From contig CAVRJG010000039.1 in the NCBI GenBank assembly GCA_963721455.1, forward strand, positions 1-64,000: DNA of 64,000 nucleotides, read 5' to 3'. This document shows positions 31,138-41,790 of this stretch, one piece after another. The stretch is from an uncultured Methanosarcinaceae archaeon. Its GTDB lineage: Archaea; Halobacteriota; Methanosarcinia; Methanosarcinales; Methanosarcinaceae. How positions within the stretch are numbered: position 1 is the first letter of the stretch; every line of letters begins with the position of its first letter. The position numbers were made by a program, and so were the translations under genes. The notes under the pieces are model-generated. The model was not told the origin of the DNA and ran no database searches. It worked only from the letters and a program-made list of their open reading frames with translations.

Positions 31138-32607
31138 ATGTTGTCATATCAAAAGTTTGCAAAGGATGTTGGCTTTATCGGGACAGTTCAGATACTTACA
31201 AGCCTAGGCACTTTTTTCCTACTCCCGATAATCACAAAAACCCTTGGAACATATGACTACGGACTCTGGGCCCAGATCAATATCACAGTATCCCTTATCT
31301 CCCCACTTGCACTTATGGGTCTTTCTATGGGGCTTGTCAGGTTTTTATCTTCTGAAACAGAAACGAAAATAATAAGGGAAGCTGTCTACTCCATTCTTTT
31401 TTTCGTGACTATGTCTGGTCTTCTTGCCTCTTTTTTGCTGTATACGTTTGCAGAACCTCTTGCAACATTCGGTTTCAAGGATCCCGGGGCAGCCTATTTC
31501 ATCCAGGCAGGCTCCCTTTTGATTCTCTTGAATGTAATCGAGCCTGTGTCTCTTTTTTATTTCAGGGTCTTCAGGCAGATCCAAAAATTTTCTTATCTTA
31601 CCCTTTTTGAAACGTTCGGGAAATTATTTTTCATTCTCGTTCTTCTTAAAATGGGGTATGGGCTTCTTGGTGTAATAGCGGCTACCTTAGTGGTACAGAG
31701 TATCATTTTCTTGATTGCTCTTCTGACTATCATATCACAGATAGGATTCATTATCCCTCGGTTTACTTATATAAAGGAGTATCTGCAATTTTCTCTACCG
31801 CTAACCCCTAATGCGCTTATAAGGTGGGTTACTGAATCAAGTGACAGATATCTGGTTACTTATTTTCTCGGTCTCAGAAGTGTGGGCGTATATTCGGCAG
31901 CCTGTTCAATCGGTAACCTGATACAGCTTTTTGTAAGCCCTCTTCAACTCATTCTTCTTCCCGAACTATCAAAGTTATTTGATGAAAATAAAATGGATGA
32001 AGTACGAATTTACATGTCTCATTCTTTGAGATATTTCCTCCTCATTTCTATTCCTGCGGTCTTTGGGCTTTCGGCTCTTGCAAAACCTTTGCTTGGAATC
32101 CTTACCACTGAGGATTTTGTTTCGGGCTGGGTTGTAATCCCGATTACCGCCTTTTCCGGCCTTCTGGCAGGAATTTTTCAGATCTTCGTCAATACAATGT
32201 TCCTTGTCAAACAAACGAAAGCTACGACCTACATCAATATTATTGCAGCAGTTTCGAACGTATTGATCAACCTTCTCCTGATACCGTCTGTCGGTATTGT
32301 CGGGGCTTCACTCTCAACCTTAATTTCCTACTTTTTATTGGCTGTGCTTTGCATGCGTATGTCCTTAAAACATTTTAAACTCGATTTTTATTTTCATGAT
32401 ATTGCGAAAAGCATTCTGTCCTCTATGGCTATGTATGTCTTTGTTTCCCATTGCGTTATCTCAAGCATCTTTGAGCTTTTCGAGATTGCAGGTATGGGTG
32501 TATTTATCTATCTGGTTGTGATGTTTTTGGTGGGCGGCTTCAGCGACCACGAAATCTATTTAATACGAAGATATTTATTTAGAGTCAAAAATAAAACCAA
32601 GCAATAA
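31138..32607 (+). CDS. Oligosaccharide flippase (Wzx/MOP family)
   Basis: LPIITKTLGTYDYG, SDRYLVTYFLG...VGVYSAA, LLIPSVGIVGA. Confidence 0.88.
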   Translation: MLSYQKFAKDVGFIGTVQILTSLGTFFLLPIITKTLGTYDYGLWAQINITVSLISPLALMGLSMGLVRFLSSETETKIIREAVYSILFFVTMSGLLASFLLYTFAEPLATFGFKDPGAAYFIQAGSLLILLNVIEPVSLFYFRVFRQIQKFSYLTLFETFGKLFFILVLLKMGYGLLGVIAATLVVQSIIFLIALLTIISQIGFIIPRFTYIKEYLQFSLPLTPNALIRWVTESSDRYLVTYFLGLRSVGVYSAACSIGNLIQLFVSPLQLILLPELSKLFDENKMDEVRIYMSHSLRYFLLISIPAVFGLSALAKPLLGILTTEDFVSGWVVIPITAFSGLLAGIFQIFVNTMFLVKQTKATTYINIIAAVSNVLINLLLIPSVGIVGASLSTLISYFLLAVLCMRMSLKHFKLDFYFHDIAKSILSSMAMYVFVSHCVISSIFELFEIAGMGVFIYLVVMFLVGGFSDHEIYLIRRYLFRVKNKTKQ

Positions 32608-32916
32608 TTTACCTTTTATTCTCACAATTCTCAGGATTTTTCCAGCAATTGCTGTGGATATCCACACTATCCTTCAAAAACGGTTTTATACTCTCTTCTG
32701 TCGTAAACCGCAAAATCAGTTTCATCGGACTCTCCAAAATTTATATAAAAATCCAGTGATATTTTTCCCGCGACCTCTAATATTTGCGATTTCAGATTTC
32801 ATCTACAGGAGAATCTCGAAAAAAAGTATGCCAGCCTTAAAAGCCCTGATATCTTAATTTTTACGTTTGGCCAACAAAAACTTAATTTGGAAAAATTGGA
32901 ATGGGAATTACTCCAC

Positions 32917-33867
32917 TTAGTCTCCCCTAAGTAATGCCCTCGCCGTTTCCCTCACGCTTCTCTCCGATGTATACCCAGGCTTCCATCCCAGAGTTTTCAT
33001 TTTCTCGATCCCCAGCCTCATCCTTGGCACATCGCCGTTCCAGCCCCTGCTTCCTCCGGTATAGATAAATTCAACATCAGAAAGCCCCATCTCTTCCGTA
33101 ACAGCTTTTCCGATTTCTGTGGCACTGATGGTATCCTCGGAGCCAACATTGAAGATATTTACCTTTTCTTTGCTTTCTTCTGTTAAAAACAATATTGCAT
33201 CAACGCATTCCGATACATGAAGGTAGGATTTTTCCTGCTTGCCATCACCCAGGATCTCCAGCAGATTGGAGTTTTCCCTCAGCTTTCTTATGAAGTCGAC
33301 AGTAATTCCATGTGTGCTGCGTGGACCAACAATATTTGCAAAACGAAAGATCCATGCCTGCATGTCGAAAGTATGAGAATATGATGTAATAAGAGCCTCA
33401 CAGGCCAGTTTGGAGGCACCGTAAAGGGATATAGGAATAAGAGGGCCATAATCTTCCGGAGTGGGTATAATGTTTGCTTCCCCGTAAACTGTAGAGGTGG
33501 AAGTAAATGCAATTTTTTTAATATTGTTTATCCTCATAGCTTCCAGAAGATTGTAGGTTGCCAGAATATTCTGATCTAAATGGACTTTAGTATTTGAAGC
33601 CCCGAGCCTAACATCAGGATTTGCAGCCACATGACAAACGAGGTCGATATCTTTACAGGTCTTCTCTATCGCTTCCTGGTCAAGAAGATCTCCTTTTATC
33701 AGGGTGAAGTCCGGGTTTTCAAGATGATGCTCTATAAATTCCATTTTTCCTGAGCTCAGGTTATCGAAAACGATAATCCGGTTTCCTTTTTCTATAAGGC
33801 GGTCTACCAGGTGGCTCCCTATGAAACCGGCTCCTCCTGTCACAAGTATTTTATTCTTTGCGGGCAT
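32917..33867 (-). CDS. NAD-dependent epimerase/dehydratase (GalE-like)
   Basis: GGAGFIG, TSTSTVYG, YGASK. Confidence 0.9.
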   Translation of the reverse strand: MPAKNKILVTGGAGFIGSHLVDRLIEKGNRIIVFDNLSSGKMEFIEHHLENPDFTLIKGDLLDQEAIEKTCKDIDLVCHVAANPDVRLGASNTKVHLDQNILATYNLLEAMRINNIKKIAFTSTSTVYGEANIIPTPEDYGPLIPISLYGASKLACEALITSYSHTFDMQAWIFRFANIVGPRSTHGITVDFIRKLRENSNLLEILGDGKQEKSYLHVSECVDAILFLTEESKEKVNIFNVGSEDTISATEIGKAVTEEMGLSDVEFIYTGGSRGWNGDVPRMRLGIEKMKTLGWKPGYTSERSVRETARALLRGD

Positions 33868-34069
33868 GGAAAATCCTCCAAATAATCTTTCTTTCCCTAT
33901 TAATATTTTGTACTGTGTTCAGGTAATCAGAAAACATTTTTACCTCTTTCTCCATATGAGGCTGGGTAAATGATGAGGGGAAAATTAAATAGGTCATGGC
34001 TGAAAAGTAATTTTACTCAACTGTAATAATAACCTTTTCACAGAATTCCCTTTTACCGGAGAGTTTATT

Positions 34070-34957
34070 TTGACTGTCAAAAAAGCAATTATTCCAGCGG
34101 CCGGTCTTGGGACCCGCTTCCTGCCTGCCACAAAGTCAATGCCAAAAGAGATGCTTCCTATCATTGACACACCTGTGATCCAGTACGTTGTAGAAGAAGC
34201 TATTGCCTCGGGAATCGAAGACATTATCATTATCACAGGCCGGGGCAAAAGGGCAATTGAGGATTATTTCGATGATTCCCCCGAACTTGAGATGCACCTT
34301 GCGAAGAAGCACAATATTGAACTTCTTAAGCTAGTCAGGGACGTTTCCTCCCTTGTGGATATTCATTATATCCGCCAGAAAGAGCCAAATGGGCTTGGAG
34401 ATGCAGTCCTCAGGGCAGAAAAACACATTGGGAATGAGCCTTTTGCCGTCCTTCTCGGGGATGATATCATTGTGAATGATAAGCCCTGCACTGCCCAGCT
34501 CATTGAAAATTTTGAAAAATATGGAAGATCCACTCTCGCAGTGGAAGAAGTCCCTTACGAAAAATTAAGCAGTTACGGGATCATAAAGGGAAAACCTCTT
34601 AATGATTCTCTCTATGTACTGGAGGATATTGTCGAAAAACCATCACCTGAAGAGGCTCCTTCAAACATCGGGGCAATTGGCCGTTACGTTTTCACCCCTG
34701 AAATATTTGACTGCATAAGGGATGCAGGGACAGGAATTGGAAGCGAAATCCAGCTTACTGACGGGATCAGAGCCCTGAACAGGACTCAGATGATATATGC
34801 CTGCAGGTTCAAAGGAAAAAGGTTCGATACGGGTGACCGGCTTGGGTACGTAAAATCAATAGTGGATTTTGCCCTTAAAAACGAAAACCTCCGGGAAGAT
34901 ATACTTGAGTATATTGGAGAAATTCTGGCGGCGGAAAAGGATCTCGCAAAAAAGTAG
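34070..34957 (+). CDS. galU: UTP--glucose-1-phosphate uridylyltransferase
   Basis: PAAGLGTRFLPATKSMPKEMLP, VEKP, EIQLTD. Confidence 0.93.
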   Translation: MTVKKAIIPAAGLGTRFLPATKSMPKEMLPIIDTPVIQYVVEEAIASGIEDIIIITGRGKRAIEDYFDDSPELEMHLAKKHNIELLKLVRDVSSLVDIHYIRQKEPNGLGDAVLRAEKHIGNEPFAVLLGDDIIVNDKPCTAQLIENFEKYGRSTLAVEEVPYEKLSSYGIIKGKPLNDSLYVLEDIVEKPSPEEAPSNIGAIGRYVFTPEIFDCIRDAGTGIGSEIQLTDGIRALNRTQMIYACRFKGKRFDTGDRLGYVKSIVDFALKNENLREDILEYIGEILAAEKDLAKK

Positions 34958-35042
34958 GCTTGGTATAATAAGGCAGTTAAAGACCAGGACAGTTAAACCA
35001 TATAAACCCTGAATAAAAGAGGGAAATAATTTCTGCCGGTTT

Positions 35043-36326
35043 TTACCAGCAGAGCCCCTCATAATCTATATTTTTCGCTTTAATTACCCTCCTTCCGTCA
35101 ATTACTATCTTTTTCTTCATGCTTTCGAATTCAGACTCGATATGCCTGAACTCATCCCATTCTGTCATTACAAGGCAGGCATCAGCTCCCTTAAGCGCAT
35201 CTTCAGCTTTCTCAGAGTATTCGATTGTCGGAAAGATTCGCTTCATGTTCCCAATTGCCATCGGGTCATAAGCTGAAATCTTTGCCCCCAACCTCAGGAG
35301 TTCGGCAATGACAGGGATAGCTCTGGATTCTCTGATGTCATCCGTCTCATTTTTAAAGGCAAGGCCGAGAACTGCAATCTTTTTGCCTGCAAGGTCTCCT
35401 ATTTTCCTCTGGAGAATTTCGGTCATCAGAAGTGGTTGTTTTTCGTTTACGGTAATTACGGATTCAAGAAGCACAGGAGAGTATCCTATTGCCTTTGCCT
35501 TTCTTATAAGGGCTTTTACATCTTTTGGGAAACAGGACCCTCCAAATCCTGCTCCTGAGTTCAAAAACCTTGGGGATATCCTGGAGTCCTTGCCCACTGC
35601 TTCCATAACCTCGTAGGTATCTATTCCCAGTTTTTTGCAGATATTTCCTATCTCATTGGCAAAGGATATCTTGGTTGCAAGAAGGGAGTTATTTGCGTAT
35701 TTGATCATTTCCGCGGTTGACGGATTCGTGCGGGTTACTTTACATTCAAAGGTCCGGTAAAGTTCCGAGACAAGGTCCCCTGATTTTGGGTCAATTGCTC
35801 CAATAACTATTTTGTCAGGATGCATGAAGTCGTAGACTGCTTTCCCTTCCCTGAGGAATTCGGGATTCATTGCAACTCCGAAATCTTTTCCGGCTATTTT
35901 TCCTGAAGTTTCTTCAAGGACAGGAAGAACAAACTTCTCTGTTGTTTCGGGCACAACTGTGCTTTTTACAACTACTACATGGTACCTCTCTTTCTTTGCT
36001 AGGGCTGCCCCGATACTTGCTGCCGCCGCGCGGATAATTGAAAGGTCTATACTTCCATCTTCTGCTGAGGGAGTTCCTACGCAGATAAATGAGATGTCTG
36101 TTTCCCTGATTGCAAATTCATAATCGTTGGTTGCAATAAGCCTTTTTCCGGCATACTTTCTCAAAAGTTCCCCAAGCCCCTCCTCATAAATAGGAGGGAT
36201 GCCTGCATTTATCTGCTCCATTTTTTTCTTGTCAATATCTACACAGACTACTTCATGTCCCACTTCTGCAAAGCATGCGGCGGTGACTGAGCCCACGTAC
36301 CCTGAACCTATAACGGAAATTTTCAT
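35043..36326 (-). CDS. ugd: UDP-glucose 6-dehydrogenase
   Basis: GSGYVG, ICVGTP, NPEFLREG, GFGGSCFPKD. Confidence 0.9.
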   Translation of the reverse strand: MKISVIGSGYVGSVTAACFAEVGHEVVCVDIDKKKMEQINAGIPPIYEEGLGELLRKYAGKRLIATNDYEFAIRETDISFICVGTPSAEDGSIDLSIIRAAAASIGAALAKKERYHVVVVKSTVVPETTEKFVLPVLEETSGKIAGKDFGVAMNPEFLREGKAVYDFMHPDKIVIGAIDPKSGDLVSELYRTFECKVTRTNPSTAEMIKYANNSLLATKISFANEIGNICKKLGIDTYEVMEAVGKDSRISPRFLNSGAGFGGSCFPKDVKALIRKAKAIGYSPVLLESVITVNEKQPLLMTEILQRKIGDLAGKKIAVLGLAFKNETDDIRESRAIPVIAELLRLGAKISAYDPMAIGNMKRIFPTIEYSEKAEDALKGADACLVMTEWDEFRHIESEFESMKKKIVIDGRRVIKAKNIDYEGLCW

Positions 36327-36558
36327 GATTGAACCTCTTTATTGGAAATTGCAAAGGTAATCAATTCCAATTCTTATTTATTTTTTGATAGGCCACTCTC
36401 TGAATCTCCTCAGTAAATTGCCAATCTATCAGGCCTTATATAGTTAATACTTTCGTCCCTATTCATATATTTAAATAGTTTTGATGTTTATACCTTCTAT
36501 AGTTAGGATTTAGTATATGTTCTGACAATTCCTTTACAGAGACTTTGGGGGATTTATA

Positions 36559-36849
36559 ATGCTTTCAATGTTTGGCATGGGTACTGAAGAGTTTGCGGCG
36601 GGAAGTTCTTTTCCTGATTTAGGCATCTGTTTTCTCTCGACGGATTTTGGAATCCCTGAATATTATAAGATAACTGTGGTGGGGCTCATTGTCCTTCTGG
36701 GTATGAAGGAAATGCTACTGGCCTCCGGCGAAGAAGACTACTTTTCGGTGGATTCCATGGATATGGGAATTTACCCTCTGATAATATGTTTTGTTGCTAG
36801 TTTCCTCTTTGCAGGTCTGGAAATAATTTTCACAAAGTTAGCCCCCTGA
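36559..36849 (+). CDS. Small membrane protein, function unknown
   Basis: GGGGGA RBS; two hydrophobic segments. Confidence 0.5.
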   Translation: MLSMFGMGTEEFAAGSSFPDLGICFLSTDFGIPEYYKITVVGLIVLLGMKEMLLASGEEDYFSVDSMDMGIYPLIICFVASFLFAGLEIIFTKLAP

Positions 36850-37425
36850 AGTTCCTCAATTTTTTTATTTTAAAGTTCTATTTCCTTGTTATGATAAGCG
36901 CGTTTTTCTGTGAAAACATCGGAGGTTAAATAACATGTATTTTTTGATTTCCTGGAATAAAAAAGTCTATAATTCTTCGCAGTAAAAATTTTAGTTATCT
37001 TAGTTCAGTAACTCTGTTTCCATAATTATTTATTCTCGAGTTATTTATCTTCTAATCATAATATTGTTTGTTAGTGGCCCTATCTGAAGTAAAAATTTAA
37101 GCTTCGTGAGGACACTATTATGGGGGCGCTCCAGCCGCTGGACCGAAATAGTTACTATCTGTTAAGGTAGAGCGAGATGTAAGGAGTTTATCTGACAGAA
37201 AGGTTCGGAACCGGGGTTGAGCAAGAACCAGGACTCGACTGCATGCCTCTTTATAAGGGAAAGCAGGAAGATTTCCTGATTTGTTAATTTACTTTGTCTC
37301 ATATGCTCTTATACTGCGTTTGAAATCAGGTTTTCACCCTCAGTATGGAAGGGCCCTTTGTACAGACAGACTGTTTATCTCTCTTGGAGTATTATATATA
37401 GCAAATATTATTGGGGAGTGAAATA

Positions 37426-38499
37426 TTGAGAGTCCTTGTCGATATAGGGCATCCAGCCCATGTTCATTTTTTTAAAAACACTATCTGGAATCTTGAGAAA
37501 AAAGGACATCAAGTAATGGTAGTCTCGCGGGATAAGGATGTGGTAATAGAGCTATTGGATGCCTACGGAATTCCGCATACGGTTCTAAGCAAAGTACAAC
37601 CAGGAAAGGCTCATTTGCTTGAAGAATGGTTTATAAGAGAGTTTAAAACTCTTAAAATCACAAAACAATTTAACCCTGACCTTATTATGGGCATCCTTTC
37701 TCCAACTGTAGCTCATATAGCCTGGATGCAGCGGAAAAAATCCATAATTTTTAACGACACTGAACACGCAGTAATAGCTCAGAAGCTAACCTATCCTTTC
37801 TGTGATATAATCTGCACGCCATCATGCTATAAAAAAAATGAAGGAAAAAAACAGATGAGGTATAGTGGCTATCATGAACTTGCTTACCTCCACCCATCTT
37901 ATTTTACTCCACATCCGGAGGTTCTGAAAGACCTGGGGGTAGAGGCGGGTGAGCCTTTCACAATCCTTCGCTTCGTTTCATGGGGAGCGCACCATGATGT
38001 CGGCCAACATGGAATCAAGAATAAAATAGCTCTTGTTCAAGAACTCGAAAAATTCGGGAAAGTATTCATAACTTCAGAAGGACCACTGGCAGAGGAATTT
38101 GAAAGGTATCGAATCCGGGTCTCCCCCGAAAAAATTCATCATCTGCTCTATTATGCCACACTGTATGTGGGCGAAGGGGCAACAATGGCTGTTGAAAGTG
38201 CAATCCTGGGAACTCCTTCAATCTATATTTCCACTCTTGCGGGAACTATGGGGAACTTTTCCGAACTCGAGAAGAAGTACGGTTTGCTTTTTAACTACAG
38301 TGATTCGGAATCTGCCCTGGCAAAAACCATAGAACTTCTCAAGGATTCGGAACTTAAGAAAACCTGGGGTCTGAAAAGGGCTGCTCTTCTCAGGGATAAA
38401 ATCAATGTGACCGAATTCATTGTCAAGCTCATAGAAAGCCTTCCTGAAAAAAAATCCGGAGTTTCTTTATCTTCAGTTTCGGATGAGCCTTATGTATGA
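37426..38499 (+). CDS. DUF354 family GT-B-like protein
   Basis: DIGHPAHVHFFK, DTEHA, RFVSWGAHHD, GATMAVESAILGTP; start at TTG 37426 behind GGGGAGTG. Confidence 0.82.
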   Translation: MRVLVDIGHPAHVHFFKNTIWNLEKKGHQVMVVSRDKDVVIELLDAYGIPHTVLSKVQPGKAHLLEEWFIREFKTLKITKQFNPDLIMGILSPTVAHIAWMQRKKSIIFNDTEHAVIAQKLTYPFCDIICTPSCYKKNEGKKQMRYSGYHELAYLHPSYFTPHPEVLKDLGVEAGEPFTILRFVSWGAHHDVGQHGIKNKIALVQELEKFGKVFITSEGPLAEEFERYRIRVSPEKIHHLLYYATLYVGEGATMAVESAILGTPSIYISTLAGTMGNFSELEKKYGLLFNYSDSESALAKTIELLKDSELKKTWGLKRAALLRDKINVTEFIVKLIESLPEKKSGVSLSSVSDEPYV

Positions 38500-39532
38500 G
38501 TTAATGAAACAAAACCAGGATATATGGGATCTTTTCACCCGAAAAGAAGAATATTCTCCCGAAAAGCTGGATGAGCATGAGCGTTTTCTTTTCTCTGAAA
38601 AAGATCTCAGAAATGCTTCTGAGCCTGAGGTTTCCAGATATCTTATGGAACATGGGATGCAGGTCGAATTTCCTGAAAATAAAACATTTGCCGTTTGTTT
38701 AACTCATGATGTGGACGATATTTATCCACCTCTTTCCCATAGCTTACTGTCCTCAGCTTACTGCCTCAAACAGTTGAATCTCAAGGATTCTGTAGCTCAG
38801 TTACTGTGGAAATTGAGGGGGATGGACTACTCCCCTTATCTTAATTTTTCTGAAATTATGGACCTTGAAGCCAGTTTTGGAGCAAAGTCCTCTTTTTATT
38901 TCATTGCTGCAGAAGCCGACCCCATACGATTCCGGTATAATATAGAGGACATAGGACATCATTTGGGAGAAGTTTCAGATAGAGGGTGGGAAGTTGGCCT
39001 TCACGGAGGTTATTATTCATATGACAGTTCAGAAAAAATAAAAAAAGAAAAAGAAAGACTTGAAGCGATTCTGGGAAAAGAAGTCATAGGTTTTCGCAAC
39101 CATTACCTTAGGTTCAAAACTCCTGACTCCTGGGAAATACTGGCAGATGCCGGTTTCAGCTATGATTCCACTTTCGGACACAGGTATTCAGTTGGCTTCA
39201 GGAACGGAATGTGCCACCCTTTCAATCCATATAACCTGAAAGAAGGCCGGGAAATAGAGATCCTCGAAATTCCACTTGTCTTAATGGATGTTGCGCTTTT
39301 TGCTACTTCAAAATCTTTTGAGGAAGTCTGGGCGCGCACAAAAAATCTGATTGATACTACAGCAAGTCTCAACGGTGTCATTACCCTGCTGTGGCATAAT
39401 TTCGTTTTCGGTTGTAGTTTCCGAAAAGATTGGGTAAGGCTGTATGAAAAGGTGCTGCAATATTGCTCTGGAAGAGGGGCCTGGATGACAAGCGGGGAAG
39501 AGATTTACCGGTGGTGGGGAGATGGACCCTGA
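38483..39532 (+). CDS. Polysaccharide deacetylase family (CE4-like)
   Basis: LTHDVD, EVGLHG, RNHYLR, YDST, LLWH. Confidence 0.85.
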   Translation: MSLMYELMKQNQDIWDLFTRKEEYSPEKLDEHERFLFSEKDLRNASEPEVSRYLMEHGMQVEFPENKTFAVCLTHDVDDIYPPLSHSLLSSAYCLKQLNLKDSVAQLLWKLRGMDYSPYLNFSEIMDLEASFGAKSSFYFIAAEADPIRFRYNIEDIGHHLGEVSDRGWEVGLHGGYYSYDSSEKIKKEKERLEAILGKEVIGFRNHYLRFKTPDSWEILADAGFSYDSTFGHRYSVGFRNGMCHPFNPYNLKEGREIEILEIPLVLMDVALFATSKSFEEVWARTKNLIDTTASLNGVITLLWHNFVFGCSFRKDWVRLYEKVLQYCSGRGAWMTSGEEIYRWWGDGP

Positions 39533-40448
39533 CTTAAAAGGAAAATACCTGCTGATTACACCTGCAAGGAATGAAGAACAAAATCTGCCCGAAGTCTCGA
39601 AGTCCGTAACAGGACAGAAAGTAAAACCGGAGTTATGGATTATAGTCGACGATGGGAGTACGGATGACACATCATGTATTGTCGAAAACCTGAAGGCCAG
39701 TTACTCCTGGATTCAGAGTATAAGGCTGCCTCCGAAGCCAAGAGACATTACCTTTCACTACAGTTATGTCTGTAAACAGGGCTTTGATTATGCAATTGAG
39801 TATTGCAGGGAAAATAATCTCGAATTCGAGTATATAGGCCTTCTTGATGCTGATACTGTGCTGGAAGATAACTATTTTGGAAAACTTTTGGCTGAATTTG
39901 AAAAAGATGATTCGCTCGGTATTGCAAGCGGGGGAGTGTATTACGATACCGGCGGGAAACTTTCCAGGGAAATGACTGATAAAAACCTACCTCGCGGCAC
40001 AGGAAGACTCTGGAAAAATGAGTGCTTCGTCGAGACCGGCGGCTACCAGGTTGAACCGTCTCCAGATTCGATTTCCAATATAAAAGCTTTCCTGCGAGGC
40101 TGGGGGCTCATGCAATATGCTGATGTTGTCCAGATCCAGAAGCGTAAGACGAGTTCAGCGAACGGGTGCTGGCATGGATATGTCAAAAACGGATGGATGG
40201 CTTATTACCTTGGAAAAAATTCTTTTTTGGCCCTGCTAAACGTGCTTTATTACTCAGTGAAATCTCCCTACTATACAGGCGCTGCCTACTGCTGGGGGTA
40301 TCTTGGTTCGGCAATCAGGAGGGAGAAAAAAATCCAGGATCCTGAAATAAGAGCTTACTACGGGAATCAGGGGTTTGCAGGACTGTTATCCCGAATTTCG
40401 GGAATTTTCAGCCGGAACTCAAGAGGTGCACGGAAGGGAGAAAAGTGA
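39522..40448 (+). CDS. Glycosyltransferase family 2
   Basis: TPARNEE, VDDGSTD, LDAD. Confidence 0.88.
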   Translation: MDPDLKGKYLLITPARNEEQNLPEVSKSVTGQKVKPELWIIVDDGSTDDTSCIVENLKASYSWIQSIRLPPKPRDITFHYSYVCKQGFDYAIEYCRENNLEFEYIGLLDADTVLEDNYFGKLLAEFEKDDSLGIASGGVYYDTGGKLSREMTDKNLPRGTGRLWKNECFVETGGYQVEPSPDSISNIKAFLRGWGLMQYADVVQIQKRKTSSANGCWHGYVKNGWMAYYLGKNSFLALLNVLYYSVKSPYYTGAAYCWGYLGSAIRREKKIQDPEIRAYYGNQGFAGLLSRISGIFSRNSRGARKGEK

Positions 40449-40494
40449 ATGTCAGTAAATCTTTTGAGAAAGCAGTCTATTTGCAGGTGATAAT

Positions 40495-41715
40495 TTGAAG
40501 ATGCTTTTTCTGGATATGGTAAGGCCCCTTTCTCTGGCGGATGGCTCGCTTATCCACAGGTACGAACTTGTGAGCAATCTTGCCAGACTGGACAATGAGA
40601 TCCATATATTTACTACTGACATGAGCTCTCTTTCGAATGTGTCTAACATTCACCGCCATTATGTTCCTCCTGGAAGCCTCTTTTCACTTGCTGTCAATTA
40701 TTTCAGCAATTTTGTAAGCCTTCTGGGTTCCGAAACTTTTGATGTGCTGTATACCCGCAATCCTAATTTTGGCTTTCTTGCTGGGCTCTTCTGTAAAAGC
40801 AGATGCAAAAAAATGGTTTACGAATTAAACGGGATTCCTGAGGACGAAAAGAGTCTCTTCAGGGCAAAATATGAGGATGGTAAATTCTCACAGCCAGGAA
40901 AAAAGAGCAGCTTCTCAAATCAATATTTTTCTGCACATGCCAGACTCAAACTATTTATCCTCAAGAAAGCTCTTGGGTTTTCGGACAGAATAATTGCTGT
41001 GACCCCTGGAATAAAAGTAAATCTTGAGAAGGTTTACAACATCCCCGGAGAAAAAATAGTTGTGGTTTCCAATGGGGCAAATACTTCCATGTTCAAGCCA
41101 CTGGAACAGGAAACCTGCAGAAGACAACTGGGCCTGGACCCTAAAATTCCCTATGTATGTTTTGTGGGCAATCTTGCTCCCTGGCAGGGGGTCGAATATC
41201 TGGTAAAGGCAGCTCCCTATATACTTTCCCGATCTCCTGAATGCCGCTTTCTGATTGTCGGAGACGGGGTCATGAAAGATGATCTTTTCAAGCTCTGCAG
41301 GGAACTCGGGGTTGAAGATAGGTTCATTTTCACGGGGGTGGTTGCTTACGACCGCGTGCCTCTTTACATCAATGCAAGTGATACCTGTACCGCTCCCTTT
41401 ATATTTGCCAGAAACGCAAAAATAGGCCTGTCTCCGTTGAAATTATACGAGTACATGGCTTGCGGAAAGCCCGTAGTTGCAAGTAATATCAGTGGCGTCT
41501 CCGATGTACTCGAAGTTTCCGAAGGTGGGATTCCTGTCCTTCCTGAAGATCCGGGTGCCCTTGCAGAAGGTATCTTAAAATTGCTTGAAAATCCGGATTT
41601 GAGAACTAAATTGGGTTCAAAAGGTTTAAGTTATGTTACTGAAAATTACAGCTGGTACAGTGTTGCGAAAAAGGTTAACAGAGTCTGTAAATCAGGACTC
41701 GAGGCCGAGAATTAA
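40495..41715 (+). CDS. Glycosyltransferase family 4
   Basis: FVGNLAPWQG, SPLKLYEYMACGKPVV. Confidence 0.9.
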   Translation: MKMLFLDMVRPLSLADGSLIHRYELVSNLARLDNEIHIFTTDMSSLSNVSNIHRHYVPPGSLFSLAVNYFSNFVSLLGSETFDVLYTRNPNFGFLAGLFCKSRCKKMVYELNGIPEDEKSLFRAKYEDGKFSQPGKKSSFSNQYFSAHARLKLFILKKALGFSDRIIAVTPGIKVNLEKVYNIPGEKIVVVSNGANTSMFKPLEQETCRRQLGLDPKIPYVCFVGNLAPWQGVEYLVKAAPYILSRSPECRFLIVGDGVMKDDLFKLCRELGVEDRFIFTGVVAYDRVPLYINASDTCTAPFIFARNAKIGLSPLKLYEYMACGKPVVASNISGVSDVLEVSEGGIPVLPEDPGALAEGILKLLENPDLRTKLGSKGLSYVTENYSWYSVAKKVNRVCKSGLEAEN

Positions 41716-41790
41716 AGTCTCAAAATTTGTCTTATATTTTCCTATAATTCATCACAGATACGATAATTATCTATTTGCACGGGGCTTAAA

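Noticed and set aside
37100-37260. GC-richer patch upstream of the DUF354 gene as an ncRNA or tRNA
   Set aside because: No cloverleaf or convincing extended pairing found by eye.
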